From Escherichia coli (GTDB taxonomy: Bacteria; Pseudomonadota; Gammaproteobacteria; Enterobacterales; Enterobacteriaceae): 64,000 nt of DNA. Positions within the stretch are counted from its first letter, which is position 1; the number at the start of each line of letters is the position of its first letter. Below are positions 21,991-38,559 of the stretch, in pieces. The stretch lies in the NCBI RefSeq assembly GCF_030013595.1, contig NZ_CP122768.1. One strand, 5' to 3'. The notes under the pieces were generated by a model. It did not search any database. It saw nothing but the letters and a program-made list of their open reading frames with translations, and was not told where the DNA came from. The position numbers and the translations under genes are program-made.

Positions 21991-22542
21991 ATGACTAAGC
22001 AGCCCGAAGACTGGCTCGACGACGTTCCCGGTGATGACATCGAAGACGAAGACGATGAAATTATCTGGGTCAGTAAAAGTGAAATTAAACGCGATGCCGA
22101 GGAGCTAAAACGCCTTGGCGCGGAAATTGTTGATCTGGGGAAAAACGCGCTGGATAAGATCCCGTTAGATGCGGATCTGCGCGCGGCTATTGAGCTCGCC
22201 CAGCGTATTAAGATGGAAGGTCGCCGCCGCCAGTTGCAGCTCATCGGTAAGATGCTGCGCCAGCGCGACGTAGAGCCTATTCGTCAGGCGCTGGATAAGC
22301 TGAAAAACCGCCACAACCAGCAGGTGGTGTTGTTCCATAAACTGGAAAACCTGCGCGATCGTCTGATCGACCAGGGTGATGATGCCATCGCTGAAGTATT
22401 AAATCTGTGGCCCGATGCCGATCGTCAGCAACTGCGTACTCTGATCCGCAACGCGAAGAAAGAGAAAGAAGGGAATAAGCCGCCGAAATCCGCACGCCAG
22501 ATTTTCCAGTATCTGCGCGAGTTAGCAGAGAACGAAGGGTAA
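21991..22542 (+). CDS. yjgA: Ribosome-associated DUF615 protein YjgA (183 aa)
   Basis: ORF track; divergent from pmbA. Confidence 0.9.
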
Positions 22543-22564
22543 TTTTCGTTGTTGATGTGAGTAT

Positions 22565-22610
22565 GGTTTGCCGGATACGGTGTAAACGCCTTATCCGGCA
22601 ATGCTATATC
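22565..22610. repeat. REP element
   Basis: gccggatacggtgtaaacgccttatccggc. Confidence 0.5.
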
Positions 22611-22624
22611 AGGCTGAGGCCGAA

Positions 22625-23998
22625 TTACTGCGCGGCTTCCGCTTTCTTCGCCAGACCATCCAGCAGTTTCTGATGGATCCCACCAAAACCGCCGTTGCTC
22701 ATCACCAGAATATGGTCGCCAGGCTGAGCGGTTTTCACCACCATATCTGCCAGCGTATCCACATCGCCGCTCCAGTGTGCAGGCTGAACGCAGGCTTCTG
22801 CCACTTCTGCCACCTGCCACGGAATATGCGCCGGTTGCAGCAGGAAGACTTCATCGGCACGACCTAATGAAGGTGCCAAATCATCTTTGCAGATCCCCAT
22901 TTTCATGGTATTCGAACGCGGCTCCAGTACGGCAATAATGCGCGCCGTACCGCCAACTTTGCCACGCAGCGCCGCCAGCGTTGCCAGAATCGCAGTCGGG
23001 TGATGGGCGAAATCGTCATATACCGTCACGCCATTAGCTTCACCACGCAACTCCAGACGGCGACGAGCATTAATAAACGAACCCAGCGCGTTAGCGGCAT
23101 CTGCCGGCGCTACGCCAACATGGCGGGCCGCCGCAATCGCCATCAGGCCATTATGCATATTATGTTCGCCTACCAGCGACCATTTCACTTCGCCCACTTT
23201 TTCGCCATCCAGCAAGACTTCCCATTCGGAAGCATCGGTGGTTAGCTTTTTCGCCTGCCAGTGACCCTGCTCGCCCACCAGCTCCTGCTCGCTCCAGCAG
23301 CCCATCGCCATGGTCTGTTTCAGGTTGATGTCGTTTTCCGGCCAGATAATACGGCCCTGCCCCGGAACGATACGCACCAGATGGTGGAACTGTTTCTGGA
23401 TCGCTTTCAGGTCGTCAAAGATATCGGCGTGATCGAACTCAAGGTTGTTGAGGATCAGCGTACGCGGGCAGTAATGGACAAATTTAGAGCGTTTGTCGAA
23501 GAAGGCGCAGTCGTACTCATCCGCTTCGATAACAAAGAAGTCGCTTTCGCCCAGACGCGCCGAGACCTCAAAGTTCCCCGGCACACCGCCGATCACAAAT
23601 CCCGGTTTGTAACCGCACTGTTCCAGAATCCAGGTCGCCATTCCCGCCGTGGTGGTTTTGCCGTGTGTACCAGCAACGGCCAGCACCCAGCGGTCGCGCA
23701 GCACAAAATCGTGCAGCCACTGCGGACCTGACATATAAGGGATGTTTTTTTCCAGTACCGCTTCCACACACGGATTTCCACGGGTCATGGCGTTGCCAAT
23801 AATCACCAGATCCGGCTGCGGGTCGAGCTGGCTGGCATCGTAACCCTGAATCAGTTCAATGCCTTGCTTCTCAAGTAAGGTGCTCATCGGCGGATACACA
23901 TTGGCGTCCGAACCCGTTACTTCATGGCCTAACTGGCGCGCCAGCATCGCCAGACCGCCCATAAACGTGCCACAAATTCCTAAAATATGAATGCGCAT
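22625..23998 (-). CDS. mpl: UDP-N-acetylmuramate:L-Ala-gamma-D-Glu-meso-DAP ligase (457 aa)
   Basis: ORF track; Mur ligase motifs (GTHGKTTT). Confidence 0.95.
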   Translation of the reverse strand: MRIHILGICGTFMGGLAMLARQLGHEVTGSDANVYPPMSTLLEKQGIELIQGYDASQLDPQPDLVIIGNAMTRGNPCVEAVLEKNIPYMSGPQWLHDFVLRDRWVLAVAGTHGKTTTAGMATWILEQCGYKPGFVIGGVPGNFEVSARLGESDFFVIEADEYDCAFFDKRSKFVHYCPRTLILNNLEFDHADIFDDLKAIQKQFHHLVRIVPGQGRIIWPENDINLKQTMAMGCWSEQELVGEQGHWQAKKLTTDASEWEVLLDGEKVGEVKWSLVGEHNMHNGLMAIAAARHVGVAPADAANALGSFINARRRLELRGEANGVTVYDDFAHHPTAILATLAALRGKVGGTARIIAVLEPRSNTMKMGICKDDLAPSLGRADEVFLLQPAHIPWQVAEVAEACVQPAHWSGDVDTLADMVVKTAQPGDHILVMSNGGFGGIHQKLLDGLAKKAEAAQ

Positions 23999-24173
23999 AC
24001 GTCACTATCCTTTTTTAATCTGCCGCTCATTTTACGCATATGTCGGGCAAGTGAGAAACGCATTTCAGGATAATCCGTAATTTGCTGGCGCGATTCACCT
24101 GAGCGCAGCATTGAGATTATTTGTTAAGATTGTTGCGGTCGCTTTACTCCATAAACATTGCAGGGAAAGTTTT

Positions 24174-25172
24174 ATGAAAACGTTAGGTGAATTTATTGTC
24201 GAAAAGCAGCACGAGTTTTCTCATGCTACCGGTGAGCTCACTGCTTTGCTGTCGGCAATAAAACTGGGCGCCAAGATTATCCATCGCGATATCAACAAAG
24301 CAGGACTGGTTGATATCCTGGGTGCCAGCGGTGCTGAAAACGTGCAGGGCGAGGTTCAGCAGAAACTCGACTTGTTCGCTAATGAAAAACTGAAAGCCGC
24401 ACTGAAAGCACGCGATATCGTTGCGGGCATTGCCTCTGAAGAAGAAGATGAGATTGTCGTCTTTGAAGGCTGTGAACACGCAAAATACGTGGTGCTGATG
24501 GACCCCCTGGATGGCTCGTCCAACATCGATGTTAACGTCTCTGTCGGTACCATTTTCTCCATCTACCGCCGCGTTACGCCTGTCGGCACGCCGGTAACGG
24601 AAGAAGATTTCCTCCAGCCTGGTAACAAACAGGTTGCGGCAGGTTACGTGGTATACGGCTCCTCTACCATGCTGGTTTACACCACCGGATGCGGTGTTCA
24701 CGCCTTTACTTACGATCCTTCGCTCGGCGTTTTCTGCCTGTGCCAGGAACGGATGCGCTTCCCGGAGAAAGGCAAAACCTACTCCATCAACGAAGGAAAC
24801 TACATTAAGTTTCCGAACGGGGTGAAGAAGTACATTAAATTCTGCCAGGAAGAAGATAAGTCCACCAACCGCCCTTATACCTCACGTTATATCGGTTCAC
24901 TGGTCGCGGATTTCCACCGTAACCTGCTGAAAGGCGGTATTTATCTCTACCCAAGCACCGCCAGCCACCCGGACGGTAAACTGCGTTTACTGTATGAGTG
25001 CAACCCGATGGCATTCCTGGCGGAACAAGCGGGCGGTAAAGCGAGCGATGGCAAAGAGCGTATTCTGGATATCATCCCGGAAACCCTGCACCAGCGCCGT
25101 TCGTTCTTTGTCGGCAACGACCATATGGTTGAAGATGTCGAACGCTTTATCCGTGAGTTCCCGGACGCGTAA
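24174..25172 (+). CDS. fbp: Fructose-1,6-bisphosphatase class 1 (332 aa)
   Basis: ORF track 24111..25172 trimmed to [12 protein letters not shown] start at 24174. Confidence 0.95.
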
Positions 25173-25180
25173 TCTCCTGC

Positions 25181-25207
25181 GCCTCTCCACACGGAGAGGC
25201 GTTTTTA
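25181..25207. terminator. Bidirectional terminator fbp / yjfF
   Basis: gcctctcc-acac-ggagaggc hairpin plus T-run; overlaps yjfF stop. Confidence 0.65.
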
Positions 25208-26200
25208 TCGCTGCGCAATATTGACTCTTGTCACTGGCGAACTCTGGCGATTCTCCCACAGCACCGTTAATCCACGCTGTAATGCTATAAAAATAAACAA
25301 CAAAATACCGATGGCGATTTTCGTCCACCATGAGCTCAGCGTGCCATCAAAGTTTATGTAAGTCTGAATCAGTCCCTGAATCGCCACGCCAAAAAGCGTT
25401 CCCAGCACCGTTCCTACCCCACCACTTAACAACGTACCACCAATCACCACCGACGCGATGGCGTCCAGTTCCACACCTACGCCCGCCAGCGCATATCCGG
25501 CCTGGGTATAAATCGAGAAGACAATCCCCGCCAGCGTTGCCAGTCCGGTGGAGAGCATATAAATGCGAATAGTGGTGCTGCGAGTGGAAATCCCCATCAG
25601 GTTCGCCGACGTTGCGTTGCCGCCAATGGCGTATACCTGATTACCAAAACGGGTACGATGCGCGAGGAATATGCCGATAACCACCACCGCCAGCATCAGC
25701 AGCCCCATCGCACTTAAGCGACCGCCGCCAGGGATTTTCCATGCAAGGCTTGAGAGCGTGTCATAAACAGGATGATTTATCGGGATCGACTCTTCCGAAA
25801 CGAGATAGCTGACGCCACGCAAAAAGAACATTCCTGCCAGAGTAATGATAAACGCCGGGATCTTCAGGGCGTCGATCAAAAGCCCCATAAATGCGCCAAA
25901 GGCACAGCCCATCACCAGCACCAGTGGAAACGCCAGCAGCGGCGAGAGGCCGAAATCGCCAATCACTTTTGCCAGAAACACGCCGGTAAAGGCGATCACC
26001 GAACCAACGGAGAGATCGATCCCACCGGAGAGGATCACAAAGGTCATGCCAACGGCGATTATCCCAAGAAAGGCATTATCGGTCAGGATATTGCAGATCA
26101 CTCTTGTGGAAGCAAAACCGGGAAACTGGGTCAGGCAGTAGAAATAACCCAGCACAAAGACGCCGATGGTGATCATCAGTGGCAAATTACGTTTTATCAC
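25205..26200 (-). CDS. yjfF: ABC transporter permease (galactofuranose), 331 aa
   Basis: ORF track; polytopic membrane protein; 14-nt overlap with ytfT end. Confidence 0.9.
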   Translation of the reverse strand: MIKRNLPLMITIGVFVLGYFYCLTQFPGFASTRVICNILTDNAFLGIIAVGMTFVILSGGIDLSVGSVIAFTGVFLAKVIGDFGLSPLLAFPLVLVMGCAFGAFMGLLIDALKIPAFIITLAGMFFLRGVSYLVSEESIPINHPVYDTLSSLAWKIPGGGRLSAMGLLMLAVVVIGIFLAHRTRFGNQVYAIGGNATSANLMGISTRSTTIRIYMLSTGLATLAGIVFSIYTQAGYALAGVGVELDAIASVVIGGTLLSGGVGTVLGTLFGVAIQGLIQTYINFDGTLSSWWTKIAIGILLFIFIALQRGLTVLWENRQSSPVTRVNIAQR

Positions 26201-27212
26201 GGTTACGTACCCCTTTAATCAGACTGATAAAGCGTTGCGACTGAACAATCAGCACGCAAAGCACCACCACCGCTTTTACGACCTGGTTCATCTCCGGCGG
26301 AAATCCAGAAAGCAAAATTCCGGTGTTCATCCCCTGAATAATCAGCGCCCCCACCACCGAAAGCAGTAGGTTAAAACGTCCGCCCATCAGCGAACCACCG
26401 CCAATCACCACCGCGAGAATGGCGTCCAGCTCCAGCCATAATCCGGCGTTGTTGGCATCGGCACCGCGAATATCCGCCGCCACGATAATGCCCGCAATCG
26501 CCGCACACAGCCCGCTCAACACGTAGGTGAGCATGACGATGATTCGCGTGTTGACTCCGGCATTTTTTGCCGCCCGAATATTGATACCAACGGCTTCGAT
26601 AAACATCCCCAGTGCCGTTTTGCGGGTCAACAGCCAGAACAGGAGAAGCGTCAGCACCGCAATAATGACTGGCGTTGGCAGGAACAACAGCGATCCACTG
26701 CCGAACCAGGAGAGATCCGGTGAGTTAAATGTGACGATTTGCCCGGAGGTGATCAGTTGCGCCACGCCACGCCCGGCGACCATCAGGATCAGGGTGGCAA
26801 CAAACGGCTGAATTTTGAGGATCGCTACCAGTATGCCGTTCCACAATCCCGCCAGGATGCCAGTGCCCAGGGCGCTTAACAAAACAATCGGCAGGCTGAA
26901 TCCCGCGACCGTCATCGCAGCCGTTGTGGCTCCGGCGATAGCCATCACCGCCCCTACGGAGAGATCAATCCCACCAGTGGCGATAACCAGCGTCATGCCA
27001 ATCGCCAGTAGCGCAACGGGGGCCGCACGGTTAAGAATGTCGATAGGGCTACCGAACAAACGCCCATCCTGAAGCACCACCTGCCAGAAATGCGGGGCCA
27101 CCAGGCTATCGACCAGCAACACCAGCAATAGCGCCGCCAGCTGCGGCATTCCCGTTGGCCAGCGAAAGCGCCTTTTCGGTGGCGTAGTGTCCGGGAGAGA
27201 TTGAGGCATCAC
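26187..27212 (-). CDS. ytfT: ABC transporter permease (galactofuranose), about 341 aa
   Basis: ORF track 26187..27233; start chosen to avoid overlap with the ytfR coding end; start uncertain by a few codons. Confidence 0.88.
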   Translation of the reverse strand: MMPQSLPDTTPPKRRFRWPTGMPQLAALLLVLLVDSLVAPHFWQVVLQDGRLFGSPIDILNRAAPVALLAIGMTLVIATGGIDLSVGAVMAIAGATTAAMTVAGFSLPIVLLSALGTGILAGLWNGILVAILKIQPFVATLILMVAGRGVAQLITSGQIVTFNSPDLSWFGSGSLLFLPTPVIIAVLTLLLFWLLTRKTALGMFIEAVGINIRAAKNAGVNTRIIVMLTYVLSGLCAAIAGIIVAADIRGADANNAGLWLELDAILAVVIGGGSLMGGRFNLLLSVVGALIIQGMNTGILLSGFPPEMNQVVKAVVVLCVLIVQSQRFISLIKGVRNRDKT

Positions 27213-27222
27213 ACTGTTCTCC

Positions 27223-28725
27223 TTACGCCGCAATGGCGTTCATGATCGCCGGAACGGAAAGCTCTGCCAGCGGGATCTCCGCCACCTGTTTGCGATCGCG
27301 CATGATAATCACCCGGTCGGCATAGCCCACCAGCTCTTCCAGTTCGGAAGAGATCACCAGCAGCGCCAGACCATCGGCGCACAGCGTTTCAATCAGGCGG
27401 ATGATCTCGGCATGCGCACCAACGTCAATGCCGCGGGTTGGCTCATCGAGGATCAGAAATTGCGGTCGGGTCAGTAGCCAACGTGAAAGCAACACTTTTT
27501 GCTGATTGCCGCCGGAGAGAAATTCAATCGGTTGTTCAGTTGAAGGTGTGCGAATGCCAAGCTGGCGGATAAAGCGTTGGGCAATCTCTTGCTGTTCTTT
27601 GCGGGAAATCGGTCGTAGCCAGCCGCGCTGGGCCTGGAGAGCAAGGATGATATTTTCCCGCACCGAGGCGGCGGCGATGATGCCATCGGTTTTCCTGTCT
27701 TCCGGGCAGAAGCCGATACCCAGTACCGATGCCTGATGTGGCGATCGCAGGGTTTGCTGTTTGCCTTTGATCAACGCCGTGCCGCTGTCAGCAGGTTTGA
27801 TCCCGAAGATCACTTCGGCGGTTTCGGTACGTCCTGATCCCAGCAAGCCTGCCAGGCCAACGATCTCGCCGGGGCGTACTTCGAGATCAAACGGTGCGAT
27901 CGTTCCTTTTTTGCCGTAATTTTTGAACGCGGCAACGGGTTTGTCGCTCAGCAATGTTCGTCCGGCACGCTGTAGCGCGTGGGTGTCCAGCTCGCGCCCC
28001 AGCATCATTTTTACCAGTTCGATCTGCGGTAGCTCGCGGGTTTCCCGACAGCCTACGAAACTGCCGTTGCGTAAGACGGTGATCCGATCGCTGACCTGAT
28101 AGACCTGATCGAGAAAGTGAGTAACGAAGATCAGGCTGACGCCGCGATCGTGCAACTGACGCATCAGGCCAAACAGTAACTCTACTTCCTGAGTGTCGAG
28201 GCTGGCGGTGGGTTCATCGAGGATCAGCACTTTGGCGGAGAGATCGATGGCCCGGCAAATGGCGACGATTTGCTGCATCGCCACTGAAAAGCGGTTAAGC
28301 GGTTCGCGCACGTCGAGGGAGAAACCGTAAGATGCCATCAGTTCGGTGGCGCGCTTTTCCATCTCTTTACGGCGTAGAAGGCCGAAACGTTTGGGTTCGC
28401 GACCTATGAATAGATTATCAGCGACCGACATATTGGGTAGCAGGTTGACTTCCTGATAGACGGTGCCGATGCCGAGTTGTTGTGCGTGGGCGGTATTTTT
28501 CGGTGAGATAGTCTGGCCTTCCAGCCAGATGGTGCCACGATCGGCGTGGTAGACACCGGTTAAGGCTTTGATTAGCGTTGATTTTCCCGCCCCGTTTTCA
28601 CCGAGCAGCGCCATGATTTCACCACGGCGCAGGCTGAAATCAACGTTGTCTAACGCTTTGACGCCGGGGAAAAATTTACTTAATCCTTCGGTGCGGAGGA
28701 TTTCCTGGTGTTGGTTAGTATTCAT
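27223..28725 (-). CDS. ytfR: ABC transporter ATP-binding protein with duplicated ATPase domains (500 aa)
   Basis: ORF track 27223..28776 trimmed to MNTNQHQEIL; two Walker A motifs (GENGAGKST, GLLGSGRTE). Confidence 0.9.
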   Translation of the reverse strand: MNTNQHQEILRTEGLSKFFPGVKALDNVDFSLRRGEIMALLGENGAGKSTLIKALTGVYHADRGTIWLEGQTISPKNTAHAQQLGIGTVYQEVNLLPNMSVADNLFIGREPKRFGLLRRKEMEKRATELMASYGFSLDVREPLNRFSVAMQQIVAICRAIDLSAKVLILDEPTASLDTQEVELLFGLMRQLHDRGVSLIFVTHFLDQVYQVSDRITVLRNGSFVGCRETRELPQIELVKMMLGRELDTHALQRAGRTLLSDKPVAAFKNYGKKGTIAPFDLEVRPGEIVGLAGLLGSGRTETAEVIFGIKPADSGTALIKGKQQTLRSPHQASVLGIGFCPEDRKTDGIIAAASVRENIILALQAQRGWLRPISRKEQQEIAQRFIRQLGIRTPSTEQPIEFLSGGNQQKVLLSRWLLTRPQFLILDEPTRGIDVGAHAEIIRLIETLCADGLALLVISSELEELVGYADRVIIMRDRKQVAEIPLAELSVPAIMNAIAA

Positions 28726-28762
28726 AGTTTCCCCCGTTGTAAAGCGTGCGCCAGATAAGACA

Positions 28763-28855
28763 CAACTGCGTCGCATCAGGCATCTCGCACAACCGCCGGA
28801 TGCGGCGTGAATGCCTTATCCGGCGGCCCACAAGTCGGCATCAGGCATTGATGCC
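28763..28855. repeat. REP/BIME repeats between ytfR and ytfQ
   Basis: gccggatgcggcgtgaatgccttatccggc and flanking gcatcaggc units. Confidence 0.6.
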
Positions 28856-28857
28856 CC

Positions 28858-29814
28858 TCAATACCCCATATTTTTCTTCTTCTCTAACTCTTCTTTTGCG
28901 GTATCAGGCAGATAAAGGGTGGATTTGGTCAGGGTCAGCTTTTCAGGCATGGTGCCGTCTTTTTTGTATTTCTCCAGAGCATCAAAAGCGGGGCCTGCCA
29001 TGTTCGGCGTCAGTTCAACGCTGGCGTTCGCTTCGCCATCAATCATCGCTTTGTAGATGTCCGGCACGCCGTCGATAGAGCCTGTCAGGATATCTTTGCC
29101 CGGTTTCAGGCCCGCTTCTTTAATTGCCTGAATTGCACCAATCACCATGTCATCGTTATGGGCGTAAACCATGCAGATGTTTTTGCCGTTGTTTTCCGCT
29201 TTGATAAAGCTCTCCATCACTTCTTTGCCTTTGCTGCGGGTGAAGTCACCTGACTGCGAGCGGATAATTTTGATATTTGGCGCATTCTTAATGGCTTCGG
29301 CAAAGCCTTTCTTACGGTCAATGGCGACGCTGGCCCCAACGGTGCCCTGCAGCTCCACCACGTTGCATGGTTTGCCATTCACTTCTTTTACCAGCCAGTC
29401 ACCAATCAACTTGCCTTCGAGGATGTTGTCGGCGGTGACAGTGGTCATATAGAGAGATTTGTCTTTCACATCGATGGAACGGTCAAGCAAGAAGACCGGG
29501 ATTTCGGCATCTTTCGCCTCTTTTAATACCGGCTCCCAACCGGTCGCTACCACTGGAGCGATAAAGATCGCATCCACCCCTTGCGCGACGAAGGAACGTA
29601 CCGCTTTAATCTGGTTTTCCTGCTTTTGCTGACCATCGGCAATTTTCAACGTAATTCCGCGCTTTTCGGCTTCACTTTTCGCCACATTGGTTTCTGCGGC
29701 GCGCCAGCCGGATTCCGATCCGACCTGCGAAAATCCAACGGTTAATGGAGCGGCCAACGCCATAGACGACATGGCTGCCGAGACTGCAGAGACTACAAGT
29801 AAGCGTTTCCACAT
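28858..29814 (-). CDS. ytfQ: Periplasmic galactofuranose-binding protein (318 aa)
   Basis: ORF track; signal peptide; periplasmic sugar-binding fold. Confidence 0.93.
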   Translation of the reverse strand: MWKRLLVVSAVSAAMSSMALAAPLTVGFSQVGSESGWRAAETNVAKSEAEKRGITLKIADGQQKQENQIKAVRSFVAQGVDAIFIAPVVATGWEPVLKEAKDAEIPVFLLDRSIDVKDKSLYMTTVTADNILEGKLIGDWLVKEVNGKPCNVVELQGTVGASVAIDRKKGFAEAIKNAPNIKIIRSQSGDFTRSKGKEVMESFIKAENNGKNICMVYAHNDDMVIGAIQAIKEAGLKPGKDILTGSIDGVPDIYKAMIDGEANASVELTPNMAGPAFDALEKYKKDGTMPEKLTLTKSTLYLPDTAKEELEKKKNMGY

Positions 29815-30123
29815 AGGGTTGTCCTCGTCGGGGTAATTATTATTGGTGAAAAGATGTTCGCGAAAAAACTATAGACAATTCGTTATGTAACGGATTGCGT
29901 TACATCACACTTCAAAAAAGTAAATAAAACGTTAATCACAAGTTTGTAATCGCTTTCATCTCACTATGAAAAATGCGGCTACGGTTATGGATTTTCCTGC
30001 TCTTTAAACCATCTTAAAACTGGCTAAAAAGGAAAATGAAGAAGAAAACAAGCGAAGACATTCGGCGCGAGTTGGCTATAATACTCGGCACTTGTTTGCC
30101 ACATATTTTTAAAGGAAACAGAC

Positions 30124-30654
30124 ATGAGCTTACTCAACGTCCCTGCGGGTAAAGATCTGCCGGAAGACATCTACGTTGTTATTGAGATCCCGGCTAACGC
30201 AGATCCGATCAAATACGAAATCGACAAAGAGAGCGGCGCACTGTTCGTTGACCGCTTCATGTCCACCGCGATGTTCTATCCGTGCAACTACGGTTACATC
30301 AACCACACCCTGTCTCTGGACGGTGACCCGGTTGACGTACTGGTCCCGACTCCGTACCCGCTGCAGCCGGGTTCTGTGATCCGTTGCCGTCCGGTTGGCG
30401 TTCTGAAAATGACCGACGAAGCCGGTGAAGATGCGAAACTGGTTGCGGTTCCGCACAGCAAGCTGAGCAAAGAATACGATCACATTAAAGACGTTAACGA
30501 TCTGCCTGAACTGCTGAAAGCACAGATCGCTCACTTCTTCGAGCACTACAAAGACCTCGAAAAAGGCAAGTGGGTGAAAGTTGAAGGCTGGGAAAACGCA
30601 GAAGCCGCTAAAGCTGAAATCGTTGCCTCCTTCGAGCGCGCAAAGAATAAATAA
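30124..30654 (+). CDS. ppa: Inorganic pyrophosphatase (176 aa)
   Basis: ORF track; recognised sequence. Confidence 0.97.
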   Translation: MSLLNVPAGKDLPEDIYVVIEIPANADPIKYEIDKESGALFVDRFMSTAMFYPCNYGYINHTLSLDGDPVDVLVPTPYPLQPGSVIRCRPVGVLKMTDEAGEDAKLVAVPHSKLSKEYDHIKDVNDLPELLKAQIAHFFEHYKDLEKGKWVKVEGWENAEAAKAEIVASFERAKNK

Positions 30655-30732
30655 GTTCTTCTAGCGTAATAACCCTGAACGCCGGGCTTCGGTTAGTAGG
30701 GGTTTTTTATGCCCGCGATAAATAAACACACC

Positions 30733-31083
30733 TTATTCCACCACCGCCTGCAAACGTAATAACGCCTCTTCCACCACCTCACCCGCAGCCAGACCAATAC
30801 GCTTTGCCAGCCGGGCGCGTAGATCCATCATCCGCACCTGATTCACCAGCACCACGCCGTGCACATCGCCTTCTTCGCAATGTAAAGGAACGCTAAATCC
30901 GACATAACGGGCAAAATTTCCGCCCTGCGTAATGGGGGCCACCAGCGTCATTCCCAGTTGATTAAAGGCTTGAACGGAGAGCACAAGCGCAGGTCGACCA
31001 GCACCTTGCTGTTCATGGCCGCTTGCTGGATCAAAGCCAACCAGCACAATGTCTCCCCGTTCAAATTCACTTTTCTTTACCAT
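30733..31083 (-). CDS. chpB: MazF-family endoribonuclease toxin ChpB (116 aa)
   Basis: ORF track; recognised sequence; overlaps chpS end. Confidence 0.9.
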   Translation of the reverse strand: MVKKSEFERGDIVLVGFDPASGHEQQGAGRPALVLSVQAFNQLGMTLVAPITQGGNFARYVGFSVPLHCEEGDVHGVVLVNQVRMMDLRARLAKRIGLAAGEVVEEALLRLQAVVE

Positions 31084-31328
31084 ATTTCGTCACCCGCAGG
31101 GGTGGATTTACCCCAGACATCCTGCTCGCTAAGTTCCGTGGCGTTCATGTCACACTGTGCCAGCAGTTCATCAAGCGAGTAGCGCCTGGAGATGGGTGTC
31201 AGAATCAGTTGATTGTTGCTCACTTGCGCCTCCACGCTCTGCCCCGGCCGTAAGTTAAGTTCTTTCATCACAACATTAGGAATGACCATACCTGAACTAT
31301 TCCCCCATCTTTTTATGGTAATACGCAT
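31077..31328 (-). CDS. chpS: MazE-family antitoxin ChpS (83 aa)
   Basis: ORF track 31077..31334 trimmed to MRITIKRWGNSSG. Confidence 0.9.
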   Translation of the reverse strand: MRITIKRWGNSSGMVIPNVVMKELNLRPGQSVEAQVSNNQLILTPISRRYSLDELLAQCDMNATELSEQDVWGKSTPAGDEIW

Positions 31329-31539
31329 CTGCACCTCCTTAAGTTATACAAAGTATAACTCACGGTGCTACAGGAAACGTTTTACCCCTGCGCATTTGTG
31401 AACGCCAGCAGAGTTTTTTATGCGTTAACAGATATGGAAAGCGGCTCGGAGAGAAAAACAAAAGGTGAGGGAATTACAAAACAGAATGCGAGTCGTCTCG
31501 CAAAAAACAACGCCACCCGAAGGTGGCGTATGCATATGG

Positions 31540-31881
31540 TTACTTATCCCTGTCTAACCAGTCGCCGCTTTCAATTAGCTTTAATCCATCGACGGGTCGT
31601 TGATAAACGTACATCCATGCACTCCCGTACGGCGTCTGAATCAACTGGCGCGCGTATTCACCGCCCCTGGTGCGCAAGGCATCAAGTTCGGCCAGCGTGG
31701 CGTTGTCAATACGATAAACTTCACCGTGTACTGTTCCGTTCCCCGGAACTGCGCCTGGATAGTGGCCCAGGCTATACAACTGGTAGTTATCGATACTGAA
31801 ATCGCCCAGTAACTGGGCATTGGTCATCCAGTGACTGTTGCCTTGTTTGTGGCGTAAACTGCCGTAGACAAATATTCGCAT
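31540..31881 (-). CDS. ytfP: Gamma-glutamylcyclotransferase-family protein (113 aa)
   Basis: ORF track; immediately downstream of tamB. Confidence 0.85.
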   Translation of the reverse strand: MRIFVYGSLRHKQGNSHWMTNAQLLGDFSIDNYQLYSLGHYPGAVPGNGTVHGEVYRIDNATLAELDALRTRGGEYARQLIQTPYGSAWMYVYQRPVDGLKLIESGDWLDRDK

Positions 31882-31883
31882 TG

Positions 31884-37435
<5,552 letters not shown>

Positions 37436-37598
37436 TTAAACGGCTTAACAAAAATCCAGTAATATGGATTAAAAAGCAGACTAAACCCCAAATATTTCTT
37501 ATGTTTTACTTTAGACCTATTCACAGCGGTTATTGTGTGCAAATACGCCTCTTGTTACAACCTTAACCCCAATGACCGATTTTCGGGAGAGCGACACC

Positions 37599-38237
37599 AT
37601 GAGTTTATTTGATAAAAAGCATCTGGTTTCCCCCGCCGATGCCCTGCCTGGACGTAACACCCCGATGCCCGTAGCCACGCTGCATGCGGTCAACGGTCAC
37701 TCAATGACCAATGTACCTGACGGAATGGAGATTGCCATTTTTGCGATGGGTTGTTTCTGGGGTGTGGAGCGACTGTTCTGGCAGTTACCCGGCGTTTACA
37801 GCACCGCCGCAGGCTATACCGGCGGCTATACGCCAAATCCGACTTATCGGGAAGTGTGCTCCGGTGATACGGGTCATGCCGAAGCGGTACGCATTGTTTA
37901 CGATCCTTCCGTCATCAGCTATGAGCAGTTGCTACAGGTATTTTGGGAGAATCACGATCCCGCCCAGGGAATGCGTCAGGGCAATGACCACGGCACGCAG
38001 TATCGTTCAGCGATTTATCCGCTGACCCCAGAACAGGATGCCGCAGCTCGCGCCAGTCTGGAACGTTTTCAGGCGGCGATGCTTGCCGCCGATGACGATC
38101 GTCGCATCACCACGGAAATCGCGAACGCCACACCGTTTTATTATGCCGAAGATGACCACCAGCAATATCTGCATAAAAACCCGTATGGTTACTGTGGAAT
38201 TGGCGGAATTGGCGTCTGTCTGCCGCCGGAAGCATAG
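37599..38237 (+). CDS. msrA: Peptide methionine sulfoxide reductase A (212 aa)
   Basis: ORF track 37533..38237 trimmed to [14 protein letters not shown] active-site motif. Confidence 0.95.
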   Translation: MSLFDKKHLVSPADALPGRNTPMPVATLHAVNGHSMTNVPDGMEIAIFAMGCFWGVERLFWQLPGVYSTAAGYTGGYTPNPTYREVCSGDTGHAEAVRIVYDPSVISYEQLLQVFWENHDPAQGMRQGNDHGTQYRSAIYPLTPEQDAAARASLERFQAAMLAADDDRRITTEIANATPFYYAEDDHQQYLHKNPYGYCGIGGIGVCLPPEA

Positions 38238-38282
38238 CGTTACGGGTACAAATGTAGATTGTTGATAAAGTGCTATTTGTCT

Positions 38283-38385
38283 ATGCCGGATGCGGCGTAA
38301 ACGCCTTGCCAGGCCTACAAAATCGTCCAAAATCAATATATTGTGGGGACTGCGTAGGCCTGATCGGCATAGCGCATCAGCCAGT
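38283..38385. repeat. REP/BIME repeats downstream of msrA
   Basis: gccggatgcggcgtaaacgccttgccaggcctac and gtaggcctgatcggcatagcgcatcagcc. Confidence 0.55.
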
Positions 38386-38559
38386 TTTTCATTTATCAGC
38401 AGTCTGAATTTTAACCCTCTGGCGGCTTTACAGTACCTTACGCTATACTAGCCACTGAAAATGCCGGTTCACTTTCTTCGAATCGGCTTTCAATGTGTAT
38501 TTCACACAAATTAATCAACTTCCCCTTCCGAGGATCTGGCCTGAAAGGTCGGATAAGAT

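Noticed and set aside
31365-31799. 144-codon ORF between chpS and ytfP
   Set aside because: Mostly antisense to ytfP; the non-overlapping part is the chpSB promoter region and a ytfP terminator hairpin
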